From Octopus bimaculoides (taxonomy: Eukaryota), in NCBI RefSeq assembly GCF_001194135.2, contig NC_068985.1, positions 112,485,443-112,549,442 of the forward strand: a DNA stretch of 64,000 nt, read 5' to 3'. The position numbers were made by a program, and so were the translations under genes. Below, one piece after another: positions 1-13,080 of this stretch (position 1 is its first letter; each line of letters opens with the position of its first letter). The notes beneath the pieces were generated by a model, which was not told the origin of the DNA, ran no database searches, and saw only the letters and a list, made by a program, of their open reading frames with translations.

Positions 1-268
1 CCTCCACCTCCTCCTTCGTTGCACTCTCTATTCTTTTATTTTTCCTTGAAAAGGATTTATATTCCACTATTCCAATTTCCATTTTCGTCTTTTCCTCCTC
101 TGATGGGGTCAACTTTACGTTTGGCCCCTCCTTCTTTATCATTTCTTTATATTTTTCAATTTTCTCAGCCATGTCTTCATTCCAATGTATTTCACATTGC
201 TTCAGCAGGCCTGGGATGACGGAAGCTCGACTCCCCGTCACTGCTGCATACGTCTTCATTTTCTCCAT
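1..268 (-). CDS. N-terminus of a probable non-LTR retrotransposon ORF1 (89 codons, open off the left edge)
   Basis: Hand translation from the ATG at 268: MEKMKTYAAVTGSRASVIPGLLKQCEIHWNEDMAEKIEKYKEMIKKEGPNVKLTPSEEEKTKMEIGIVEYKSFSRKNKRIESATKEEVE, with no stop. It is K/E-rich with an early YAAV motif, as often seen in LINE ORF1 proteins. No intron signals. It is missing from the ORF track because its stop lies outside the window. Confidence 0.6.
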   Translation of the reverse strand, partial: MEKMKTYAAVTGSRASVIPGLLKQCEIHWNEDMAEKIEKYKEMIKKEGPNVKLTPSEEEKTKMEIGIVEYKSFSRKNKRIESATKEEVE

Positions 269-411
269 CTCAGCAACGCCCACCAAAAAATAGTGGCGTT
301 ATACTAAAAAAATCGCAGCGAGTAATAACACGTCCGACCAGTAAACTCACGGAGCCGTTATACCGCTAAGCAGTTCGACCGGCATGCCAACGATTCTGCC
401 AGCTTACCGCC

Positions 412-413
<2 letters not shown>
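269..413 (-). mobile_element. LINE 5' UTR (269-359) joined to a SINE-B 5' head (360-413)
   Basis: The minus strand reads taaggcggtaagctggcagaatcgttggcatgccggtcgaactgcttagcggtat, matching SINE-B heads elsewhere in the window. It then switches to unrelated sequence leading to the ATG. A (TAA)n tract lies at 412-452. Confidence 0.65.
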
Positions 414-452
<39 letters not shown>

Positions 453-848
453 CAGCTGTGTGGTTAAGACGGTCGCTTCACAACCACGTGGTTTCGGGTT
501 CAGTTCCATTGTGCGGCAGCTTTGTCAAATGTTTTCTACTACAGTACCGTGTCGACCAAAACCTTGTGAATGGATTTGGTTGACGGAAACTGTGCACAAG
601 TCTGTCACCTGTGGGTTTGTGTGTGTGTGTGTGTGCATGCGCGCGCTCATCTGTTTGTCCTTCTCCCACCGCTTGACAACCTGTGTTGGTTTGTTTATGT
701 CCCCGTAAATTAGTGGTTCGGCAAAAGTGGCCGATAGAACTAAGAGCCAGACTTTAAAAATATATATATATTAAGCACTGGGGGACGGCTTGCTCGACTA
801 AAACCACCAGTATGGCTGTAGTCCAGTGATTGAAACAAGTAAAAGATA
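453..848 (+). mobile_element. tRNA-derived SINE, family A
   Basis: Head with A-box-like ctgtgtggttaag and B-box-like ggttcagttcc, internal (TG)n, and a tail ending gaaacaagtaaaaga. About 30 copies or fragments occur in the window. Confidence 0.85.
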
Positions 849-908
849 ACGAAATATTTAACAATAATAAGTGAATGGTTAACATATTTACAACGTGGGT
901 CACATAGT

Positions 909-976
909 TACGCTGTCCCATTTTATACGGGCAAACGTAAAATACGCTGTCCCATTTTATACGGGCAAACGTAAAA
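909..976. repeat. Exact 34-bp tandem duplication
   Basis: tacgctgtcccattttatacgggcaaacgtaaaa at 909-942 and 943-976. Confidence 0.9.
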
Positions 977-1047
977 GTCTTAAGCATTCTTCGTTCCTAA
1001 CATTCTGTACAATGGGTCATCAACTGAAGAGTGTATTTATCAGTTAT

Positions 1048-1440
1048 TCTTTTACTTGTTTCAGTCATTTGACTGTGGCCATGCTGGAGCACTGCCTTCA
1101 GTCGAGCAAATCGACCCCAGGGCTTATTCTTTGTAAGCCTAGTACTTATTCTATCGGTCTCTTTTGCCGAACCGCTACGTTACGGGAACGTAAATATACC
1201 AGCATCGGTTGTCAAGCGATGGGCGGCGGGGGCAAATACAGACATAAACACACACATATATATAATATATACGACGGGCTTCTTTCAGTTTCCGTCTACC
1301 CTACCAAATCCACTCACAAGGCTTCGGTCGGCCCGAGGCTATAGTAGAAGACACTTGCCTAAGGTGCCACGCAATGGGACTGAACCCAGAACCATGTGGT
1401 TGGGAAGCAAGCTACTTACTACACAGCTACTCCTGCGCCT
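1048..1440 (-). mobile_element. SINE family A, near full length
   Basis: Reverse complement of the family A consensus (cttttacttgtttcagtcatttgactgtggcc ... actcctgcgcct). Confidence 0.9.
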
Positions 1441-1659
1441 GCTATATATTTATAATTCATCAATTTTTGTTGTGTCTAGGGAGAGTCATCATGCCAATAT
1501 ATTAGCTTGATGATTCTCCTTACACACAATAAAATTTGCTTCAACACACGAATTCACATAAAGAATCTTACAAACCACTTACCAATTTTTAATGACTCGA
1601 TATATTGTATGAAGTCTCTAGGTCACCATTCCCTCACCATATATATAAATTCTTTCTGT

Positions 1660-1918
1660 GACGGTGAAACTCGAAACAGACAAGGCTATAAATAATAGCG
1701 GGTAAATACTGGTTTAAAAACCCTCTGGATAGAGAAACGGTCAAAATCTACCCGTGGTTCAATGGTACAACGTCTATCATGCTAACAACAGATGTTAGTT
1801 CATATCCCACGAGTAACTTTCGACTTTTTTCTATTCATTTATCCATTGGGGTTTTAGACCGATATTTATTTACAGTATATTATTTTCAGTTTTAATTTGC
1901 TTCAAGATTTACCTTTCA
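1660..1918. mobile_element. MITE-like element with imperfect long TIRs; relatives at 8440-8640 and 32330-32405
   Basis: The left arm gctataaataatagcgggtaaatactggtttaaaaa also occurs at 8465 and 32357. The right arm is a degenerate reverse complement. Confidence 0.55.
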
Positions 1919-1960
1919 TAAAACGAACTATTTCACGTTCTCGAAGTCTCTAAATTTTCG

Positions 1961-1970
1961 TGACGTCAAC

Positions 1971-2017
<47 letters not shown>

Positions 2018-2032
2018 GCGTGCGCGCGCGCG
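1961..2032. promoter_or_regulatory. Perfect CRE palindrome TGACGTCA beside a (TG)n(CG)n tract that could form Z-DNA
   Basis: TGACGTCA at 1961-1968; alternating purine-pyrimidine tract at about 1975-2032. Function is not demonstrated. Confidence 0.2.
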
Positions 2033-2836
2033 CATCCTCACAACCCTTACAACCTTTTTCTTACACGTTTCTGACAAATGTATGGGCCCAAGTGACAAAT
2101 AGATTATTACTATTTCTTTATAAGCACACATTACATATTTAACAGGAGAGACTATTCTCGTAAATTGAAAAAGAAACGAACATGAAATATATGGAAACGT
2201 ACTCCGTTCACGCAAAAACTTGAATAGTTTGCACATATAATTTGTATGCAAACGCACAGACAGACACAATTTGCATGCAGACACACATACTCCAGTATTG
2301 GCAATTTGTATATAGACATAAGAGAGATAGGGAGACATTCAATTGCACGCTCGCACGCACACGCCATTTAAAAGTTACGAAGCCTCCCCCCCCCCCCCCT
2401 CAACTCATTCTGCCATTGCTGCCATTTTCAGAATTCCACTCCCTCGACATTTGAAGAATAAAAATAAAGAAGCTTTTGAAGTGAAGGAATAAATAGATAA
2501 ATATCACAAGACATGAATGTTGGTAAGACAAAACGGTAAGGAGTTGGTCGGTCGGTGGGTCGATAGAATCGGAGAAGGGGCTGGATTTTATTTCGTAAGC
2601 AGACGACAACATAACAGGATTTCTCTTCTTATCTGTCGGCAAACATTTGCATTTGTGTTAAATGTTAAGTTTTGAAGGAGAGAGAGAGAGAGAGTGTGTG
2701 TGTGTATTTTCGGTGACGGAGTAGGGGAGGAACAGTAAGATTGATGAGGATAATATAACATCTTCACTTTCTCTCTGGTGAATTACCTTTGCACTCATAT
2801 TGACTCATTTGCCGACATATGCATTTATTAATATTA

Positions 2837-2954
2837 TTAACATATGAAAGTTCCCGAGGGTGATGGAGTAGCAGAAATGATAAGGTTGTGCCTTGTGGTA
2901 TTATGTTTCGTCCGTTTATTATCCCGGGTCCAAAAGCTTTTCATCCACCCGGAG
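2837..2954 (-). CDS. Candidate terminal coding exon (SGWMKSFWTRDNKRTKHNTTRHNLIISATPSPSGTFIC*)
   Basis: Acceptor ttgactgatacttatttttatcag, a 39-codon open frame to TAA, and AATAAA just downstream. Unique sequence. No homolog recognised. Confidence 0.25.
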
Positions 2955-3248
2955 CTGATAAAAATAAGTATCAGTCAAATCCGGAAACAAGGACGGCGAT
3001 TTCAACTGAATATACTTCCCTCACACATACGTAACAGACATTTGTGTAACCTTACAGTGATTAGATAGAATCAAATAAATAACTAGAGGAACAAATAATT
3101 CCACTGAGCAGTAGTGGGGACAAGCTCTTGATCACTAAACACAAAGATAAGATTAGGTAAGAGTCAGACCGCCCTAGAGGAAATGCCAAAAAAAGGGGGG
3201 GGGGATTATTTTATATGTTCGCTTAAATAAATCCTCACATAACTGACT

Positions 3249-3631
3249 GTTGGCACTCCGTCGCTTACGACGACGAGGGTTCCAGTTGATCCGATCAACG
3301 GAACAGCCTGCTCGTGAAATTAACGTGCAAGTGGCTGAGCACTCCACAGACACGTGTACCCTTAACGTAGTTCTCGGGGATATTCAGCGTGACACAGACT
3401 GTGACAAGGCTGGCTCCTTTGAGTTACATGTACAACAGAAACAGAAAGTAAGAGTGAGAGAAAGTTGTGGTGGAAGAGTACAACAGGGTTCGCCACCATC
3501 CCCTGCCGGAGCCTCGTGGAGCTTTAGATGTTTTCGCTCAATAAACACTCACAACGCCCGGTCTGGGAATCGAAACCGCGATTCTATGACAGCGAGTTTG
3601 CTGCCTTAATCACTGGGCTATTGCGCCTCCA
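3249..3631 (-). mobile_element. tRNA-derived SINE, family C, with 13-bp TSD
   Basis: TSD cacataactgact at 3236-3248 and 3632-3644. tRNA-like head at the right end. Other copies at 6871-7180, 47270-47570 and 52012-52390. Confidence 0.9.
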
Positions 3632-3734
3632 CACATAACTGACTAGTGATTGCATGAAGACTAGCTCACGTTCGCGAGGAGGAAAAAACAACGCGTCTAT
3701 TTCTGCTTGTACACAAACTCTTCTGATAGAATTC

Positions 3735-3960
3735 TAGGGGGTATTTTTTCTACTCTAGGCACATGGCCCGAAATTTTGGGGGAGGGGGCCAGTCAATTAA
3801 ATTAACCCCAGTACGCAACTGGTAGTTAATTTATCGACCCTGAAAGGATGAAAGACAAAGTCGACCTCGTCGAAATTCGCGAACTCAGAACATAAAGACA
3901 GGCGAAATACCGCTAAGCATTTCGCCCGGCTGTGCTAACGATTCTGCCAGCTCACCAACT
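3735..3960 (-). mobile_element. tRNA-derived SINE, family B
   Basis: Matches the family B consensus (ctggcagaatcgttagc; B-box gagttcaaattcc; ctggggtcgat core). Confidence 0.85.
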
Positions 3961-4294
3961 TAGAACTCTAGGTTCTTAACAAGCTTATGGCTACGTAAGA
4001 AACTGTTAAATTGAGTTATTGTGAAGCCCAAGGCAAGGCGTTCTTTCTTCTCAGCGAGTCGAGCTCAAATGATACGGGTAAAAAGATTGCGGTAACCGCA
4101 ATTTGAACGCTGTTTTCGCAGCCCATTTGATTTAGCCAATCTCCAGGAGGAATCACAGAGCGGAAGAAACGGTCCCAGTATTTGACGGGTACTTTATTTA
4201 TTGACTCCGAAGTGATAAAAGACAAAGTCAATCACGGCGGGAAATATTTACAGTAAAAGATTCGGTGATCCACGTCATGAGCTTGATGGTTCAC

Positions 4295-4414
4295 CGTATG
4301 ATGCAATAACCAATGGCATTTAGATTATCACATGCAGGCCGTTCATCCAAATGAATCCCTGCATCTTCTTCATATTCTTGCTCAATGTCACACGGTTCCA
4401 CATAAAAGTATCGA
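4295..4414 (-). CDS. Candidate internal exon (RYFYVEPCDIEQEYEEDAGIHLDERPACDNLNAIGYCII)
   Basis: Acceptor tggtcttttgtctcag; 120 nt open in phase 2-2; weak donor CG|GTGAAC. Unique, CpG-richer sequence, phase-compatible with 2837-2954. Confidence 0.3.
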
Positions 4415-4649
4415 CTGAGACAAAAGACCATCAATTAATTCTATGTCCACGGTTCTGCACAGATCAGATCATTTCGCAGCGTAGACCATGGATACTGCGG
4501 TATACCGTACGCTAAAGCAGCGATTTTACTAATTTGCCATCTTATATTTACCGTATACGAAAGCATAGAAGACACATATATTAGATGCCCTCCAATTTCA
4601 GCAATGCATATTCAAGAAAAAAGGATTGAGCCCAACTTTACATATAAGA

Positions 4650-4865
4650 CTCTGGGTCATTTTTTTAAAGTTCCTGGCTTTGGGTAAAAGAAAATACAGG
4701 AAGATCAGTTAATTATTTTATTCAGCATATTTCCCTTCCAGAATCACACTTTTTGTAGCTATCCTTCAGTTTTCCTAAGCCCTGTAAAAGAACTCGGACG
4801 ATTGGGCCTCCAACCAGACCTTTCGCTACACCCTTAAAGTCAGGCACTTTTCAACACCTCCTCGT
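4650..4865. mobile_element. Mariner-derived MITE; second copy at 62876-63066
   Basis: TIR-like ends aaagttcctggcttt / aaagtcaggcactttt. The body (gccctgtaaaagaactcgg...cctccaaccag) is shared with the 62.9-kb copy. Confidence 0.7.
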
Positions 4866-5812
4866 AAACCGTCAAATACAGTATATTATATTATATTAGA
4901 TGATATTATATTATATATGAAGTTATGGGATGCAGTGGAGGTTGTACATTCACTTGTGCAGGTTGAGCTAGTTTGTAAAACGTCTGAGAAAATAACCAAA
5001 CTGTTCCCAATAAATACATTTAAAGCAAAAACCTTTCATGGACCCTTAAAACACTACTGTAGATCCCCAAATTACTATTTTGATAGCGTGGACCCTCCTG
5101 AGATCATATGGACTCAGGTTAAAAACCACTGGTGCAGGTGGTAGTGGTAGGATGTGTGCGGTGGCTGTGATGTAGTGGTGGTGGTGGTGGTAGTAGTGGT
5201 GGTGTATGCAGGTTTGTTTGTCTTTTTTGTTGTTGTTGTTGTTGTTGTTCAAACTGCACAAAACAAATACAATTTGTATATTTGTTCATTTATTTTTTTT
5301 CTTTAAAATTTTTTTAATTTTTATTTCATTTCATTCAATCAGAGAAAAATCACAAAAGCCCTCCCTGGCAGGTGAAGGTGACGACGTGGGGGGTGGGGTT
5401 GAAAGAGAGTGGGTAGAGTGTGAAAAGCCTACAGGTGCTGACTGTATGGAGTATTTGTTGGTAGATGGGGGGTGGGGAGGTAGATCAATGGGTAGGTAGG
5501 TGGGTAGGTGGATGGGTGTTGTGTAAGGATATAAACGTCTCGAAACACTGACTTGTCGAACCGTCTTAGAGAGAATTGCACACGTTTACAAAGTCACAAT
5601 AAAAAATATATACACCCACTTGTAAACACACATACACCTGCATGTGTGTGTGTGTGTGTGTGTATACATACATGTATATCAACATATGTACAGTTACGTG
5701 TGTATATATTAATACACACACACGTACATAGAAATATATACATACATATATATATATGTATATATACACACGTGCATATATATATATATATATATACATA
5801 CACACGCGCATA

Positions 5813-5866
<54 letters not shown>

Positions 5867-6870
5867 NNNNNNNNNNNNNNNNNNNNNNNNNNNNNNNNNN
5901 NNNNNNNNNNNNNNNNNNNNNNNNNNNNNNNNNNNNNNNNNNNNNNNNNNNNNNNNNNNNNNNNNNNNNNNNNNNNNNNNNNNNNNNNNNNNNNNNNNNN
6001 NNNNNNNNNNNNNNNNNNNNNNNNNNNNNNNNNNNNNNNNNNNNNNNNNNNNNNNNNNNNNNNNNNNNNNNNNNNNNNNNNNNNNNNNNNNNNNNNNNNN
6101 NNNNNNNNNNNNNNNNNNNNNNNNNNNNNNNNNNNNNNNNNNNNNNNNNNNNNNNNNNNNNNNNNNNNNNNNNNNNNNNNNNNNNNNNNNNNNNNNNNNN
6201 NNNNNNNNNNNNNNNNNNNNNNNNNNNNNNNNNNNTGGTGATGTTTCAATAGTTGATAATGATTGATTGTTTGGTTCAATCGATATCACACCCTCTTCTA
6301 CCACCACCACCACCACCACCGCCGCCGCCGCCGCAACCGTAGCCCCACTCGAAACAATGTAAACAGTAAACCAAGATGTTCCTTTCTATTGTTATTTGAA
6401 CAAAGGCAACTTGCATTCGATCTCACAGTCTTACTATATACGTAAGTAGAACAGGCGGAGGCGACGTGCTTCCTTTAGATATTGCACGACACGGTTAAGG
6501 TACGATGCACTGTATTGGCAGCATAGAGACGGATATGTGTTAGAATACAATAGAGATGTGGTGTGTCACAACGACCCTGGTCTTAGGGGTGATGAGGTTC
6601 CTTTAAATATGGTGAGACACACTTAAGGCATAGAGTACCGTACAGACGGTATCAATAAGAGACATAGAACAGGCGACAGGAAATGCATCCGGCCATAGAA
6701 AACTAGTTTCAATAAGACTCGTCCGATTCATGTTAGCATGGAAAAATGTGAGGACCATGTGTCGTGGCGTCACAGTCTTGAGGTAATGTAGTTAAGTTGT
6801 TTTAGAATATGATAAAACACAGTAGAGTTATCGACTACTGTTTTGACAGTGCTCTGTCCTCCTCCTCCTC

Positions 6871-7180
6871 TTGGCACTCCGTCGGTTTCGACGACGAGGG
6901 TTTCAGGCGATTAGATTAACAGAACAGCCTGCTCATGAAATTAACAAGTGGCTGAGCACTCCACAGACACGTGTACTCTTAGCGTAGTTCTTAGAGAGAT
7001 TCAGCGTGACACAATGTAACAAGGCTGACTCTGAGTTACAAGTACTACTCGTTTTTGCCAGCTGAGTGGACTGGAGCAACGTGAAATAAAGTGTCTCGCA
7101 CAAGGACACAACACGCCGCCGGGAATCGAACTTTCGACCTTACGATCGCGAGCCAAACACCCTAACCATTCAGCCATGAC
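6871..7180 (-). mobile_element. SINE family C variant
   Basis: Starts ttggcactccgtcgg like the 3249 copy and ends with a tRNA-like head. Confidence 0.8.
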
Positions 7181-7291
7181 CATGAGCTTTCACAGTGCTC
7201 TTTAGCTCAACAGAGACGGGTGTTATGTAATAGCATACACATGTCTCTATCCAAACGATACCCAAGTCAAGCCCGCATGTCATAGACACAG

Positions 7292-7670
7292 ACGTGAATG
7301 TGTGGTTAAGAACTGTTTCCCAATCATGTGGTCTTAGGTTCAGTCCCATTGCAAGCGTTTTTAACTTAGCCCCGGATCGATCAAAGCCTTGAGAGGATCT
7401 TGTAGCCGGAAGCTGAAAGAAGCCGGTCATATATACACACGGACACACACAGAAATACACAAACGGGTGTGTTTCTATCTTTGTGTTATGTTTATCCTCC
7501 ATCACTGCTTGTCAACCAGTGTCGATTTGCTTACCTCGCCTTAAGTAGCGGTTCTTCAAAAGAAACCGACAGAATAAGTACCAGGTTTTTAAAAGATATT
7601 AAATTCTGGGGTCGAGGCGCTTTCCCAGGAAGGCCGCAGTCCAATGACCGAAACAAGTACAGAATGAAAG
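7292..7670 (+). mobile_element. SINE family A, diverged
   Basis: The family A head, core and tail are all recognisable. Confidence 0.8.
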
Positions 7671-8693
7671 GTAAGACTTACGACATAACTAAATCGTCCT
7701 TAGAATAGTACGTTGGACATCACTAATCGTTAGTAGGGTGTTGCTTAAGACGGGGATAAATGCTATTAAAAAAAACGGCAGTTAGAACAGAAGTAAATAC
7801 CATTAGGGCAGTGCTAAGTAAATGCCAAGAACAAAGGAAGAAATGCGAATACATTAACAGAATCAATATTAATCTGAAGCTTAAATATAATTAACTGAAA
7901 CTTAGTAAACAAAATAATACGATTTAAACAAGGGAAAATAAAAAAATATATATAAAAAAGGGAGAAGAAAAGTAGGAAATGTTATCACTCCCATAAAACA
8001 TACATTAACTGGGTTTATTTACTGTAGCTTGAAGGCAGAGTTATTTTCTAGTAATAGAAAACTGTTCTGCATTTTATATAAATATATAGGTTTACATAAA
8101 TAATTAGCAGGAAACGTTGGCAGAGGCAGTTCCATGCCGCGTTGTATAACATCGTTATGTCTCTGCATGCCAGGTTTTATGTTGTTTTTGCTTCTTTTTT
8201 TCCCCCTCTCTCTAGTTGGGTTTGTGCAGCAATTAGATCAGAAGAGATCGCCAGATACCACATTCAAATCTTCATTCATTTATTTAAAGCAACGGACACT
8301 GCCAGTGGTTTTCAGACAGACAGCCCTCTCACAGTGCACAGCGTAGGTGATTCTGAGCGAGTGAACACACACACATACACAATCTGTTGATGTCACCAGA
8401 ATTCAAAGACTTCGAAAAGATGAAGTAATTCTTTTCAGAAAAGGTGAATCTCGAAGCAAATAAAGCTATAAATAATAGTGTGTAAATGTGTTATGAACCA
8501 TTTGAAAAGAAAAAAACGTTTAACGCTGCTCGTGGGACACGAACTCACATCTGTAAACACGGGCAACCTTCGACTTTTCTATCAAACTGGTTTTTTAACC
8601 CAATATTTACACCTACTATTATAGTTTTATTTGCCTCGGGAGTGACCGCTGCTGGGAAAGAATTATATGTGTGTGTGTGTGTGTGTGTGTGAG

Positions 8694-8726
<33 letters not shown>

Positions 8727-9304
8727 AGACGGACAAGCAGTTACATATGGCATCAAAACAAAGATGTTATATAAACATAAATATAATTAAAACGAAAACA
8801 GATAGTCTATGGTATTGCTTTACAGCTGTTTCAAAAGTGCAGTGACTGGTTAATGTAATAATGTACATTAGGCAAACAAATATGCGTAATGATACAACCA
8901 AACATAGCAGAAAGGCAAAAACTGACATTAACACACAAGTATTATACATAAATCTATAAATCAATTCAACCTGTAAGCGTCACATCTGTGATCCTTTTCA
9001 TCCGAAGAAACAGCATACGAAGTAAAACTCTAGTTGTCATACATACTATATGAAGGGAGGCACTACATCAGTGGGAAACGGGAGAGGAAGTATGTAAACA
9101 AGGAATGGGGTTATACAGCGATGACAAAGGTCTGAAGTAAGCATCAGAATCATATTAGTAAAAGTAGGGAGTGAACAGGAGAAAGACAGATAAAGAAGAA
9201 AAATGTGAAATGCATAAAATATGATTCAGACGACATTGCGTAGCTATTCTACACCTTTTCTGATTTACTGATGTATTCTCTCTCTCTCTCTCACACACAC
9301 ACAT

Positions 9305-9366
<62 letters not shown>

Positions 9367-9367
<1 letters not shown>

Positions 9368-9535
9368 GGGAGAATTCACGAAAAAACAACAGACGAAGAC
9401 AGGTGGTGTAAACAACAAATGGATGCATTAGTATAACGCTCGGGAATAGAGAAAGTCTTTAACGTTTCGAGCCTACGCTCTTCAACAGAAAGAAACAAGG
9501 AGAGAAAAAGGGAGAGAAAAAAAGGAGCAAGAGAG
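9367..9535. mobile_element. Penelope-like terminal fragment next to (TA)n; copies at 42983-43160 and, inverted, 48120-48308
   Basis: Three near-identical copies containing aacgtttcgagcctacgctcttcaac. The TGAAGA...CGAAACG arrangement is typical of Penelope-type ends. Confidence 0.55.
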
Positions 9536-9837
9536 AGGAGTTAAGCAGAGAGAGAGAAGGGGTAGATTAAAACAGCTGCTCAACAAGAAAATCCATTGCA
9601 TAGGTTTCGTAGCCTATGAGGGTTTGAAAAGACAAGAGTTTTGGGGGTCATATTTTATGGAACAAAGATATACGTCCAGAGATTAATAGGACAGAGAGCA
9701 CAAGATCAGAGCCTACTTATCGACAGTTATTCAGTGATCATCATGAGATGACAGACAAACTGATAGCTTCGCAAGATAATCAGACTAAAAAATCCTGACT
9801 ATATCAGCATATGCAAGAGAGTATGTGTGAGTGTCTG

Positions 9838-9838
9838 C

Positions 9839-9882
<44 letters not shown>

Positions 9883-10020
9883 AATATATGAGTATATGCA
9901 TATATATGTACATGTAGGTATATACGTTCATCTACATGTACATATAGATACATAACTGGGTATATGACGTGGCAAAAGAACATGGACAAAATGGTAAACA
10001 TGGTGCAACAAACAAGCAGG
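9838..10020 (-). mobile_element. Second Penelope-like terminal fragment ending in (TA)n; copies at 41245-41410 and 48810-48945
   Basis: Shared cttttgccacgtcatgtacccagttatgtatctatatgtacatg...atattgttta followed by (TA)n. Confidence 0.55.
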
Positions 10021-10470
10021 NNNNNNNNNNNNNNNNNNNNNNNNNNNNNNNNNNNNNNNNNNNNNNNNNNNNNNNNNNNNNNNNNNNNNNNNNNNNNNNN
10101 NNNNNNNNNNNNNNNNNNNNNNNNNNNNNNNNNNNNNNNNNNNNNNNNNNNNNNNNNNNNNNNNNNNNNNNNNNNNNNNNNNNNNNNNNNNNNNNNNNNN
10201 NNNNNNNNNNNNNNNNNNNNNNNNNNNNNNNNNNNNNNNNNNNNNNNNNNNNNNNNNNNNNNNNNNNNNNNNNNNNNNNNNNNNNNNNNNNNNNNNNNNN
10301 NNNNNNNNNNNNNNNNNNNNNNNNNNNNNNNNNNNNNNNNNNNNNNNNNNNNNNNNNNNNNNNNNNNNNNNNNNNNNNNNNNNNNNNNNNNNNNNNNNNN
10401 NNNNNNNNNNNNNNNNNNNNNNNNNNNNNNNNNNNNNNNNNNNNNNNNNNNNNNNNNNNNNNNNNNNNNN

Positions 10471-10830
10471 TTTATACCTGTAATTATTGGGTCACTGGGA
10501 TATGTAACACACTGCCTAAATACCAATCTTGAGAAATTAGGCTTCTCAAAGCCAGAAAGGAGAAAGCTAATTCGAAGACTACGGATCCAATCCATCACTG
10601 GAACTGTAAAAATCTGTAAAACTTTCCAGCAGTTTATCACTTAAATATATATGAGCATGTCTAGATATGCAACTATATGCACGAGAATACATACATAAAA
10701 CATAAAAATCTGCACATACATACATACCCTGTTGTTGATGTTGAAATTCCAATGAAGGAACCATGGATCTAGGTTAGAAACCGGTTCTTTCCCTATTGGC
10801 AAGAAATCTTGAAATATACTGAATAATGAC
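10471..10830 (+). mobile_element. 3' end of an RLE-type (R4/Dong-like) non-LTR retrotransposon: C-terminal coding remnant 10471-10644 plus 3' UTR
   Basis: FIPVIIGSLGYVTHCLNTNLEKLGFSKPERRKLIRRLRIQSITGTVKICKTFQQFIT* fits the PxxIGxLG...LxxLG...GTxxI pattern at the C-terminus of RLE-bearing elements. The upstream part is lost in the gap at 10021-10470. Confidence 0.7.
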
Positions 10831-10869
10831 ATACACACATAGATTTTATGTCTTTTTATAATGGTTTCA

Positions 10870-12215
<1,346 letters not shown>

Positions 12216-12224
12216 GAGTGAGGG

Positions 12225-13080
12225 AGCAGTGCATTCCATCAAAGTGACACTGGGGTAAAATATATGAAGCCCAATATACCCATCATGACTACCCGTCTGA
12301 TAAGGGTACACCAGGCACATGCATCACAACCAAATGTGCTCGATGTACTCTTTTACTTGTTTTAGTCATTTGACTGCGGCCATGATGGAGCACCGCCTTT
12401 AGTCGAGTAAATCGACCCAAGACTTATTCTTTGGATTCCTAGTAATTATTCTATCGGTCTCTTTTGCCGAGCCGCTGAGTTATGGGGACGTAAACACATC
12501 AACATCGGTTGTCAAGCAATGTTAGGACACACACACACACACACATATATATATACATATATATATATATACACACACATATACGACGGGCTTCTTTCAG
12601 TTTCCGTCTACCAAATCCACTCAAAAGGCTCGAGGCTATAGTAGAAGACACTTGCCCAAGGTGCCACGCAGTGGGAATGAACCCAGAACCATGTGGTTGG
12701 TGAGCAAGCTACTTACCACACAGCCACTCCTGTGCCTATATGGTGATCTCATATCAAGATAAACAGTCCAAGACCTTGCAGGTGGAGGCCCAGTTAGAAT
12801 TATCTTCAGGTCGAGAAGCCCATCCCGCTCAAAAGGTCCCTGAATAAGGTTTGTTTAAGGATGTTGAGCAAAACACCCATGTTTCCAAAGGTGAATTATT
12901 CAAATCCCAAAGAATTCCTCTCAACACATGGCTATGATGCTCCCCCACTACTTCTGCTCGTGATCAGAGATGCACATATCGTCAGCCACCAAGGGATATG
13001 CTCAGCTGGTTAAGGTCAAACAACTGACAAGCAAATCTGTGGTATCGAGCAGAATATTTGCTGTAGCTTATCTTTTACAC
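12225..13080 (+). mobile_element. Repeat family E (about 600 bp) interrupted by a SINE-A (12346-12738, minus)
   Basis: Collinear with 20222-21035 (ccatcaaagtgacactgggg ... ggtcaaacaactgacaagcaaa) once the insertions are removed. Confidence 0.8.

Noticed and set aside
895-1344. 149-aa ORF and similar ORFs over SINE-A copies (e.g. 36538-36936, 41824-42234)
   Set aside because: Chance frames through non-coding SINE sequence.
3250-3609. 119-aa ORF
   Set aside because: Coincides with a TSD-flanked SINE-C.
3560-3631. tRNA-like sequences at SINE heads
   Set aside because: Only A/B-box remnants without a full cloverleaf, so not tRNA genes.
5553-6319. Long ORFs spanning N-gaps (also 13-14 kb, 23-25 kb, 43-44 kb and 56-58 kb)
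   Set aside because: They are open only because N codons and (TA)n/(CA)n contain no stops.
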